A stretch of DNA of 64,000 nucleotides, from positions 1,066-65,065 of the forward strand of contig JABGRQ010000077.1 of NCBI GenBank assembly GCA_018648225.1. Direction: 5' to 3'. Made by a program: the position numbers and the translations under genes. Under the pieces are notes generated by a model. That model was given only the letters and a program-made list of their open reading frames with translations, had not been told where the DNA came from and made no database searches. Below, in pieces: positions 56,590-64,000 of this stretch (positions are counted from its first letter, which is position 1; the number at the start of each line of letters is the position of its first letter). The stretch is from Chloroflexota bacterium (lineage in GTDB: Bacteria; Chloroflexota; Anaerolineae; Anaerolineales; UBA11858).

Positions 56590-56778
56590 CTGTCGTAGAC
56601 CTGAGAGATTCGCCATTTTAGCGGCTTGCCCCGTCGGTGTCGTACAAGTTTCCTGTACGACTTTCCAGAGTGTACTCAAAAGCAGGGTCCGTTTACCTGA
56701 GAGTTTCATCCGGCGGCGTTTCGCCAGATTTGCCCCTTCGGTGCCCGATGCTGAAATCAGCTCGAGACTCTCCCCTGC
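56589..56778 (-). promoter_or_regulatory. Tandem glycine riboswitch (two aptamers)
   Basis: Aptamer 1 (minus strand): GCAGGGGAGAG...GCACCGAAGGGGCAA...CTCTCAGGTAAACGGACCCTGC. Aptamer 2: CTCTGGAAAG...ACACCGACGGGGCAAG...TCTCTCAGGTCTACGACAGAG. Confidence 0.9.
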
Positions 56779-56828
56779 AATTGGTTATAAATTGCGAATG
56801 AGGTTTGAAATTACTCAGTCTGCACGTA

Positions 56829-56858
56829 ATTATAAAGCACCTAATCGAAAAATGCCAA
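56829..56858 (-). promoter_or_regulatory. Sigma-70-like promoter for the riboswitch-gcv operon
   Basis: On the minus strand: TTGGCA - 18 nt - TATAAT, about 50 nt upstream of aptamer 1. Confidence 0.5.
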
Positions 56859-56938
56859 TAATTTCACGGTAATAATCTGTCCAAATATAAAAAGCACGCC
56901 CACAGGCGTGCTTTTTAAAAATTCATTAACCGAGGGGT

Positions 56939-57250
56939 TTATACCCAGCCCTGTTTCTTGATGAAATCAGATAATACTGGCAATTCGGTATATTTTCCGC
57001 TATATGAATCAAACGCGGGCCACAGCGTAACAAACCATAACAGTGGGGCACAGATGGCGCCAACAACTGTAATAGCGAGGATGACCATCGCAACAAAGAT
57101 GGCTACATTCAACGCCAGGGATTGAATAGCGTGGTATTTGATAAATGGGCGCGCTTTCTTGTCTTCCATCAAGATCGCAATCAACGCTACGATTGGCAGC
57201 GGGTAGCCCAGGGCAGCCCAAAGTTTATCGTCACTGGTAATTTCGTTCAT
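56939..57250 (-). CDS. DUF4870-like small membrane protein
   Basis: DDKLWAALGYPLPIVALIAILMEDKKARPFIKYHAIQSL pattern. Three TM helices. Confidence 0.7.
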   Translation of the reverse strand: MNEITSDDKLWAALGYPLPIVALIAILMEDKKARPFIKYHAIQSLALNVAIFVAMVILAITVVGAICAPLLWFVTLWPAFDSYSGKYTELPVLSDFIKKQGWV

Positions 57251-57382
57251 GGATATGCCTCCAAAATGGGTTTAATCGGTTTGAATATCAATAGGTAGCT
57301 CTGTGGGATTGTACATTACTCTGGTTTTCTTGACCAGATGCTCAGGTACTAAAACACCAAAGGCCCGTTTGAGTTGTGCCAT

Positions 57383-58195
57383 TTACCATGTCAGAATAAA
57401 AAGGATTGTGAAGAAAATACTCACAGCCAGTTGCCGGAAGCCGATCTGGGTGGGCCGGGCGCCTTCCGCGGGATTCAGTGTTCCCCACAGGGTTTCGAGC
57501 CATTGGGCCAGATAGGGCAGAAATAACCACGGGGACAGGATACCCATCAAACCGAGAATCAACACAACCCCAAGATTGAAACTCGTATACAAGAGGGCGC
57601 GGCGTCCCTCAGAAAGGCGAACTCGCACCGGGGGCGATTCTGTCCATGAACGTTGTTCCAGTCTCAAATAGGCATACACAATTGAGGCTGCCGATTGCAG
57701 CCAAACCAGCGCCCACAGCCACCAGCCCAGGGGTTCTGCCGTTCCGGCGCCGACCCAATAAGCCGCCGGGGCGCTTAAGGCCAGTACGCCGCTAGCAACC
57801 ACCTCCACGCCGATCTGACGTCTTTCTGCCCGCCGCCTGATGAGGAAGAGATGCCATATGAATACGGGCACGCCTGGCACAGCCAGCCAGAGTACGTAAC
57901 CAAAACCGCACACGACCAGCCCGACGACCATCAACAGGCCAATTGCACCATAGACGACCATCCAGAAGCGCGCCGCAGGCAAATCGCTGCGCGGACGGCG
58001 GCCAGAATAAGCTTTAACGGCGATTACAATTGGCTGCCGGATGAGGAACCCGGCCAGCGCTGCGAAGACGAGATACATCGAAATGCTGGAGAAATTTCCT
58101 CCGGCAAAGATGCCAATCAGCAGCGGGCTGAACAAGAAAACCCATGAGCCATGTTCGTTGGTAAGAGCGATGTGTCGTTTGAAGTATTTTTTCAT
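57383..58195 (-). CDS. YwiC-like polytopic membrane protein
   Basis: N-terminal NEHGSWVFLFSPLLIG motif. About 8 TM helices. Confidence 0.55.
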   Translation of the reverse strand: MKKYFKRHIALTNEHGSWVFLFSPLLIGIFAGGNFSSISMYLVFAALAGFLIRQPIVIAVKAYSGRRPRSDLPAARFWMVVYGAIGLLMVVGLVVCGFGYVLWLAVPGVPVFIWHLFLIRRRAERRQIGVEVVASGVLALSAPAAYWVGAGTAEPLGWWLWALVWLQSAASIVYAYLRLEQRSWTESPPVRVRLSEGRRALLYTSFNLGVVLILGLMGILSPWLFLPYLAQWLETLWGTLNPAEGARPTQIGFRQLAVSIFFTILFILTW

Positions 58196-58241
58196 TTGCT
58201 TGGCGTTATAATACCCGAAAAAGTTTAATAGGAGATTAGCT

Positions 58242-59096
58242 ATGAGTGAACAATATCAAATGGACGGAAAAATATGCATGGTTACAGGCGCTACAGCAGG
58301 TATTGGCAAAGTGACCGCCGAAACGCTGGCGCGTCGGGGGGCGCATGTGGTTGTGGTGGGGCGCAACCCTGTGAAATGCGAAGCAATTGTGAGTGGCATC
58401 CGTGAAACCGGCGGGCAGGCTGATGCCCTGGTAGCCGATTTATCTTCGCAAGCGCAAATCCGAATTTTAGCAGAGGCGTTTGAGCAAAAATACCCGCGTC
58501 TGGATGTACTGGTCAATAACGCGGGGAACTATTTTATGCGGCGGCAATTTAGCGAAGATGGCATCGAGATGACCTTTGCCCTCAATCATCTTAGTTATTT
58601 CTTGCTAACCCATTTACTCCTCGACACGCTCAAAGCCAGCACACCGGCGCGCATTGTCAATGTGGCCTCGGGCGCGCATCGCGGCAATGCGTTGAATTTT
58701 AACCGCCTTCAAGGTGAAGGCCTCTATATGGGCTGGGTGGCCTATGGACGCTCGAAGTTTGCTAATATCTTGTTTACCTATGAACTGGCTCGCCGCCTGG
58801 AAGGAACTGGTGTAACGGCCAATGCACTGCATCCTGGTTTGGTCAACACCCGCATAGGCAGCCAGAATAATGGTTTTTGGGGTACGCTTTTTCAACCATT
58901 AGTTTTTAGTCGGGGAATTTCCCCGGAAGAAGGCGCGTGTACGAGCCTATTTTTGGCAAGCTCACCGGAGGTAGAAGGCGTAAGTGGTGCATATTTCTAT
59001 AAAGAAAAAGCTGCTTCTTCAGACCCGCGTACGCACAATCTTGCTGATGCCGCACGGCTGTGGCGTATCAGTGTGCAGATGACAGGAATAGCCTGA
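58242..59096 (+). CDS. Short-chain dehydrogenase/reductase (SDR)
   Basis: VTGATAGIGK cofactor motif, NNAG, and the YGRSK catalytic YxxxK. Confidence 0.85.
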   Translation: MSEQYQMDGKICMVTGATAGIGKVTAETLARRGAHVVVVGRNPVKCEAIVSGIRETGGQADALVADLSSQAQIRILAEAFEQKYPRLDVLVNNAGNYFMRRQFSEDGIEMTFALNHLSYFLLTHLLLDTLKASTPARIVNVASGAHRGNALNFNRLQGEGLYMGWVAYGRSKFANILFTYELARRLEGTGVTANALHPGLVNTRIGSQNNGFWGTLFQPLVFSRGISPEEGACTSLFLASSPEVEGVSGAYFYKEKAASSDPRTHNLADAARLWRISVQMTGIA

Positions 59097-59755
59097 TGCT
59101 GTTAGAGAACCTGCGCACGGAGATTATATCAATGGGGAAGCTGCTCATGGCTGATGGTCTGGTGCATAATGGTCAGGGCAACCTTAGCGTATATGACCGC
59201 GCCAATGGCTATATCGCCATCACGCCCAGCGCAATTCCCTATGCGGAACGCGAAATCGAAGATATTTGTGTGGTTGATTTGCGGGGCGATTTGATCGAAG
59301 GTCGCTGGCAGGCAACCAGTGAAATGGCCTTGCACCTTGTTTTCTATCAGCAGCGTAGCGCTGTGACGGCAGTTGTTCACACCCATGCGGCCTTCTCGAC
59401 CGCCTTCAGCATCGCTGGGCAGGCTGTTTTGCCAATGCTGCTGAACGAATCGGCGATGGCATTGGGCAGGCCGGTTCCGGTTGCGCCCTATGCCAGGCCG
59501 GGGACGCATGAATTAGCGCAGCTGACTTGTGACGCTGCGGGGGATGGAAACGCGGTTATTATGGCGCATCATGGATTGGTGACAGTGGGCAGTTCTCTGG
59601 GGGATGCTTACAAAGCCACGCTGGCAGTGGAGGCCACCGCCCAGGCTTTATTCTACGCCCGCGGCATGGGTGGCGTGGTGCAGGCTTTGGACGATGACGA
59701 AGTTGCTGCATTGCGAGAGATGGGACAAAGCTACGTACCGCGCACCAACCCATAA
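59096..59755 (+). CDS. Class II aldolase/adducin-domain protein
   Basis: The ATG overlaps the SDR gene's TGA. GNLSVYD, ITPSAIPY, VVHTHAAFSTAF and MAHHGLVTVG. Confidence 0.8.
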   Translation: MLLENLRTEIISMGKLLMADGLVHNGQGNLSVYDRANGYIAITPSAIPYAEREIEDICVVDLRGDLIEGRWQATSEMALHLVFYQQRSAVTAVVHTHAAFSTAFSIAGQAVLPMLLNESAMALGRPVPVAPYARPGTHELAQLTCDAAGDGNAVIMAHHGLVTVGSSLGDAYKATLAVEATAQALFYARGMGGVVQALDDDEVAALREMGQSYVPRTNP

Positions 59756-60378
59756 CGTAATGCCAGCACCGCGGCCTGGGTGCGGTCTGAAACTCCCATC
59801 TTCTTGAAAATTTCACTAGTATAGTTGCGCACTGTGCCCTCGCTCAGATAGAGTTGCTGGGCAATATCGGCATTGGACAAGCCCTGCGCCAGAAGGGAGA
59901 GAATATCCAGCTCGCGCGGGCTAAATTGCAAATTGGATGGGGTAGTACTGGCGGGTGCTTGTTGGCGGTAGCTGGCGGTAATTCGTCCGGCAATATCGGG
60001 GTCTAAAAATGTTTTGCCTGCAGCCGTGCCCAGGATGGCTGCAATCAAATTTTCGGGTGGGGTGTCTTTGAGTAGATAACCCGCCGCGCCGGAACGGATG
60101 GCATCAAAAATCCATTCGTCGTCATCGTAGGTGGTTAATACCAGCACGCGAACTTCGGGGTATTTTTGACGGATTTTGCGGGTGGCGATAATCCCGTTCA
60201 TGATCGGCATCTTCAAATCCATCAGCACGACATCGGGCTGAATTTGCTCCAGCATCTCCAGCGCCACCGAACCATCGTGTGCTGTGCCCAGCACTTCAAT
60301 CTCCGGGCTGGCACGCAAGATGGTTTGCAACCCCTCACAGACGATGTGCTGATCGTCGCAGATGAATACACTAATCAT
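59731..60378 (-). CDS. NarL/LuxR-family response regulator
   Basis: ATG at 60378. VFICDDQHIV...VLMDLKMPIMNG receiver. C-terminal LSPRELDILSLLAQGLSNADIAQQLYLSEGTVRNY HTH motif. Confidence 0.9.
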   Translation of the reverse strand: MISVFICDDQHIVCEGLQTILRASPEIEVLGTAHDGSVALEMLEQIQPDVVLMDLKMPIMNGIIATRKIRQKYPEVRVLVLTTYDDDEWIFDAIRSGAAGYLLKDTPPENLIAAILGTAAGKTFLDPDIAGRITASYRQQAPASTTPSNLQFSPRELDILSLLAQGLSNADIAQQLYLSEGTVRNYTSEIFKKMGVSDRTQAAVLALRYGLVRGT

Positions 60379-61615
60379 CGGGAATCTCCAAGGTGACTTG
60401 AATTTGGGTGCCCTCTTTGGGGGTACTGCTAACCTCCAACGCGGCACCCAACCCTGCCGCACGTTCGCGCATCCCTCTCAGACCGTGCTTCTCTCCCAGG
60501 TCCAAATTTGCAAACTCACCTCCGCGGCCGTCATCCGCAATCAATAGTACCAGAAGATTGTCGGCGAACGTCAGCGAAACCGATACATTTTCAGCCGCGG
60601 CATGTTTGACGATATTCTCGAGCGATTCTTGCGCGATGCGGTACAGAGCTTGTTCGGTATCGGGCGGCAGATCGGGGAACTGGTTTTCGATGTTGATATG
60701 GATGGAAAACCCGGCGCGGGCAGCCGCATCGTGTGCCAGATTGCGAATAGCGATATTTAGCCCTAAATCTTCAATGGATTTGGCGCGCAAATCTTTGAGC
60801 GCGCGGCGGGTGTCGTTGAGGCCGGTGCGGGTGTTTTTTAGGGCGTGATTGAGCATCTGGCGTGCCTCGGGGCTGGCCTCGCCCAATACAATTTTGATGG
60901 CTTCCAGATTAACTGCCAACCCGCTAAGGGTGTGCGCCAGGGTGTCGTGCAACTCGCGCGCTAGGCGATTGCGTTCGCGGCTGATGGCGAGCTGTTCCAG
61001 CGTGTTGGCGTGCTGACTTAAGCGAAGATTGGCGCGCAGCAATTGTTTGCGCTGAATGCGTTGTGTATCGATCAGCCGGGTGACAATATGCCCCACGGTG
61101 CCAAAAGCGAAGGCCCGAATCATCGGCGCGCCCAGGATAGGGAGCGTATCGAAGTTGATTTGGGCTAGGCGCGGCAGCAGCACCCAATATTCCACAGCGG
61201 TAGCAAATAGAATAAATGCCACCACATAGCGAAAGCGGTACTGCCAGGCAATTAGTACCAGTGGCACGACCATAATGGGGAAGAGCAGCCAACTGCGCAT
61301 AATGGTGTCGATGGCCTTTTCTTGCGGAGCCGCCAGATAGATCAGGTTGCTGAAAATGGGCACCACGGTGGCCGCGATCAACGCCAGGGGGAGATAATAG
61401 TTTCTGAGTTTGCGTTGCAGCCAGCCCCAATAGAGATAGCCCAGCAAGATCAGGTTAATGCCAAAATTGAGATAGGATTGAATTTGGGGGAAGGTATCGC
61501 CTGCGCCGGTCTGGATGGCGGTATACAACACCAGGGCGGCAAAATAGACCATCGCAATGCTGGTGAAATAACGGAAAATTCGCAATAGGCCGGGTTCGAT
61601 GGGGCGCAGTTCCAT
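60371..61615 (-). CDS. HisKA_3-type (NarX/DesK-like) membrane histidine kinase
   Basis: Five to six N-terminal TM helices, H-box RELHDTLAHTLS, and HATPase (ESLENIVKHA, DDGRGG, GLRGMRERA). 8-nt overlap with the regulator gene. Confidence 0.85.
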   Translation of the reverse strand: MELRPIEPGLLRIFRYFTSIAMVYFAALVLYTAIQTGAGDTFPQIQSYLNFGINLILLGYLYWGWLQRKLRNYYLPLALIAATVVPIFSNLIYLAAPQEKAIDTIMRSWLLFPIMVVPLVLIAWQYRFRYVVAFILFATAVEYWVLLPRLAQINFDTLPILGAPMIRAFAFGTVGHIVTRLIDTQRIQRKQLLRANLRLSQHANTLEQLAISRERNRLARELHDTLAHTLSGLAVNLEAIKIVLGEASPEARQMLNHALKNTRTGLNDTRRALKDLRAKSIEDLGLNIAIRNLAHDAAARAGFSIHINIENQFPDLPPDTEQALYRIAQESLENIVKHAAAENVSVSLTFADNLLVLLIADDGRGGEFANLDLGEKHGLRGMRERAAGLGAALEVSSTPKEGTQIQVTLEIPDD

Positions 61616-61677
61616 ACTTTCATCATATCACAGAGGATTGTAAAAGGCGCTGCTTGATCGGGGAACAAAACTGATAT

Positions 61678-61712
61678 ATGACGCTCGTCATCGAATAATT
61701 GACGGGCGTCAT
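61678..61712. promoter_or_regulatory. Two palindromic TGACG-NN-CGTCA boxes in the divergent TCS / ABC promoter region
   Basis: ATGACGCTCGTCAT (61678-61691) and TTGACGGGCGTCAT (61699-61712). Their centres are 21 bp apart. Confidence 0.45.
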
Positions 61713-61800
61713 GCCATTGATGGTGCCTGGCATCTGTGCGTTTGGGCGGAACTTGCTAAGATTGGAGTTGAATCGAGTGTCCCGTGAGAGGTTTGCTTTT

Positions 61801-62760
61801 ATGGATTATGCAATTGAAGCCCGAGATATATCTAAATATTACGGCAAACGCCGTCCCCGGTTGGCGCTTGACCGGATAAGTTTGTCAGTAGGTGAGGGGC
61901 AGCTTTTTGGCTTGATTGGCCCTGACGGAGCCGGGAAAACGACTATGTTGCGGATTCTTTCCACGGTGATGGAGCTATCTTCCGGTCAAACCCGAATTGC
62001 CGGTTTTGATACGCAAAAAAACGCCGAACAGGCCCGCTCATTGATTGGCTATATGCCGCAAGCCTTCAGCCTGTACCCGGATTTGAGCGTGATCGAAAAT
62101 CTGAATTTCTTTGCCGATATTAACGGCGTGCCTCATGGTCGTCGGGAGGCGCGTATCGCTCAATTGCTGGATTTTGCCCGCCTGGATCGTTTTCAACACC
62201 GCCGCAGCGCGCTGCTTTCAGGCGGGATGCGTAAGAAGTTGGCCCTGGCCTGCGCGCTGGTGCATGATCCAAAGGTATTGCTGCTTGATGAGCCGACCAC
62301 GGGAGTAGATCCGCTTTCGCGCAGAGAACTGTGGGGCATACTAGCGCAAGTAGTGTTGCAGGGTGTGACTGTACTCATCAGCACGCCCTATATGGACGAG
62401 GCCGAACGTTGCCATCAGATTGCTATGCTGCATCAGGGGGAGATTCTATCGCAAGGCAACCCGGCTGATCTGGCGAGCGATTTGCCCTTTGATGTTATCG
62501 AAGTCAAAGCGCGTCCTCGCAAAGCGATGCGCGCCATTGTAGACCAGGCGGATGGCGTTTCCGATTGGCGGCCTGTTGGAGATCGTTTGCGCTTGTCTGT
62601 GCAGAATCGCAACGGTAATGGCAATGCCAAACGGATTCTTAAGAATTTGCAGTCCCAGTTCAAGCGCCAGAAAATGGAGGTGCATATTTTGCGTCCATCG
62701 AAGATCAGTATGGAAGATGTCTTTGTGTATCTGGTTGGGCAACAGCGAGGCAAACGATGA
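61801..62760 (+). CDS. ABC transporter ATP-binding protein 1
   Basis: Walker A GPDGAGKTT, signature LSGGMRKKL, Walker B LLLDEPT. The track start at 61699 is an extension. Confidence 0.85.
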   Translation: MDYAIEARDISKYYGKRRPRLALDRISLSVGEGQLFGLIGPDGAGKTTMLRILSTVMELSSGQTRIAGFDTQKNAEQARSLIGYMPQAFSLYPDLSVIENLNFFADINGVPHGRREARIAQLLDFARLDRFQHRRSALLSGGMRKKLALACALVHDPKVLLLDEPTTGVDPLSRRELWGILAQVVLQGVTVLISTPYMDEAERCHQIAMLHQGEILSQGNPADLASDLPFDVIEVKARPRKAMRAIVDQADGVSDWRPVGDRLRLSVQNRNGNGNAKRILKNLQSQFKRQKMEVHILRPSKISMEDVFVYLVGQQRGKR

Positions 62761-63719
62761 GTGATTTCGCCCTGGCTATCGAAACTCAGCAGTTGACGAA
62801 ACATTTTGGCGATTTTGTGGCGGTTAACAATATCGACTTTGCCATTCCGAAAGGCGAAATCTTTGGTTTGCTCGGCCCGAATGGCGCCGGAAAGACCACC
62901 ACTATTCGGATGTTGTGCGGCATTATGAAGCCTTCCTCAGGGACAGCGACTGTTTTGGGGCACGACATCAACCGTGATCCTGAAGCCATTAAAAAACAAA
63001 TTGGCTACATGTCGCAACGCTTCTCTCTATATAACGATCTGACGGCTTTCGAAAACTTGCAATTCTATGCTGCGGTGTATTCTGTGCCGCGTGGTGAGCG
63101 TGCTAAAAATATCGTTGAGTTGATTGAAATATCGGGTTTAGCGGATCATCGCAACGAATTAACGCGCAACTTGTCGGGAGCCTGGCGGCAGCGTCTGGCG
63201 CTGGCCTGCGCTGTCGTCCACAAACCCCCGATGCTCTTCCTCGATGAAGCTACTGCTGGCGTAGATCCGGTTTCGCGGCGCGAGTTTTGGGATTTGATCT
63301 ATGAGATGGCCGGACAGGGGGTCAGTGTTTTGGCGACCACGCACTATATGGACGAAGCCGAATACTGCAATACCATCGGTATGATGTATCGCGGCGAGTT
63401 GATTGCAATCGCTGAGCCAGATGTTTTGCGTGCAAGTTTGCCTGGAATATTGGTGCAAATCGAATGTGACCCCATCGACCGCGCTCAGGCTATTCTGGAT
63501 GCGATGCCCGAAACCCTGGAGGCTTCTGTGCATGGGGCGCTGTTGCATATTACGCTGGCTGATGCCAGGTTCCTCAAGAAAGTCATACGTAATCTGGCTC
63601 GCAACCAAATTCAGGTGAGCCAGATCGAGGAAGTGCAACCCTCCCTCGAAGATGTGTTCATTGCTCTGGTTTCTGAATATCGTCTCAAGGCAGAGCAGGA
63701 TTCCGACGTAAATGGATAA
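62757..63719 (+). CDS. ABC transporter ATP-binding protein 2
   Basis: GPNGAGKTT, LSGAWRQRL and LFLDEAT. ATGA overlap with the previous gene. Confidence 0.9.
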   Translation: MSDFALAIETQQLTKHFGDFVAVNNIDFAIPKGEIFGLLGPNGAGKTTTIRMLCGIMKPSSGTATVLGHDINRDPEAIKKQIGYMSQRFSLYNDLTAFENLQFYAAVYSVPRGERAKNIVELIEISGLADHRNELTRNLSGAWRQRLALACAVVHKPPMLFLDEATAGVDPVSRREFWDLIYEMAGQGVSVLATTHYMDEAEYCNTIGMMYRGELIAIAEPDVLRASLPGILVQIECDPIDRAQAILDAMPETLEASVHGALLHITLADARFLKKVIRNLARNQIQVSQIEEVQPSLEDVFIALVSEYRLKAEQDSDVNG

Positions 63720-63759
63720 GCTATGACCTACGCAAGTGTAATGAACATGGAGTAATACT

Positions 63760-64000
63760 ATGGAACGATTATTTACAATCATGCGCAAGGAGTTATTTCA
63801 TATCTGGCGCGATCCGCGCACAATGGCGATGCTCCTGCTGCTGCCGGGTTTGCTTCTGGTTTTGTTGGGCTACGGCGTCAATTTTGACCGCGAGCACACC
63901 CCTATGGCTGTGGCTGATATTTCGAAAACCGATGCCAGCCGCCGCTATATCGAGAACTTCACCGCCAGTGACGATTTTGAAATTACTTATGATGCTCTCA
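63760..64000 (+). CDS. ABC-2-type permease, 3'-truncated by window edge
   Basis: GGAG RBS. MERLFTIMRKELFHIWRDPRTMAMLLLLPGLLLVLLGYG is a typical ABC-2 N-terminus. The frame is open to the window end. Confidence 0.6.
   Translation, partial: MERLFTIMRKELFHIWRDPRTMAMLLLLPGLLLVLLGYGVNFDREHTPMAVADISKTDASRRYIENFTASDDFEITYDAL

Overview
This 64-kb window looks chromosomal. By eye I found no transposase, integrase, phage gene, CRISPR array, rRNA or tRNA. The protein types and the style of the repeats suggest a Chloroflexota/Anaerolineae-like bacterium, but that is inference only. I support 53 CDS.

Gene content, left to right:
- A REC-GGDEF-REC-PAS/GAF-HD-GYP c-di-GMP protein of more than 1,650 aa, cut by the window edge.
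- A module of solute-binding protein, PAS histidine kinase and CheY-like regulator.
- A TtuA/TtuB-like thiolation pair, followed by peptidases.
- A ~25-kb purine/N-heterocycle block. It holds three separate xanthine-dehydrogenase-family (XDH) molybdenum hydroxylase gene sets, each with a different domain-fusion layout. It also holds an SsnA-like amidohydrolase, XdhC, a CBS-DHH pyrophosphatase, a DMT transporter and an uncharacterised nucleoside-phosphorylase-like protein.
- An F420 module inside that block: fno, cofE, a PPOX-class protein, a nitroreductase, cofD, cofC and an LLM oxidoreductase.
- A 1,038-aa SHMT-GcvT fusion.
- A gcvH-gcvPA-gcvPB operon behind a tandem glycine riboswitch.
- A NarL-type two-component system divergent from an ABC-2 exporter.

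Most unusual signals:
1. Several families of short, word-like palindromic repeats sit at many gene and operon ends. Some are nested and some carry the stop codon of the upstream gene. At least three copies are inserted in frame inside enzyme genes (XDH set 1, cofE, XDH set 2).
2. The SHMT-GcvT fusion occurs together with a gcv operon that lacks gcvT.
3. XDH set 2 has lost all four cysteine ligands of its N-terminal [2Fe-2S] cluster.
4. The XDH set 3 operon is split by membrane, transporter and phosphorylase-like genes of unknown role.

All functional calls come from motif recognition by eye. No database search was run.
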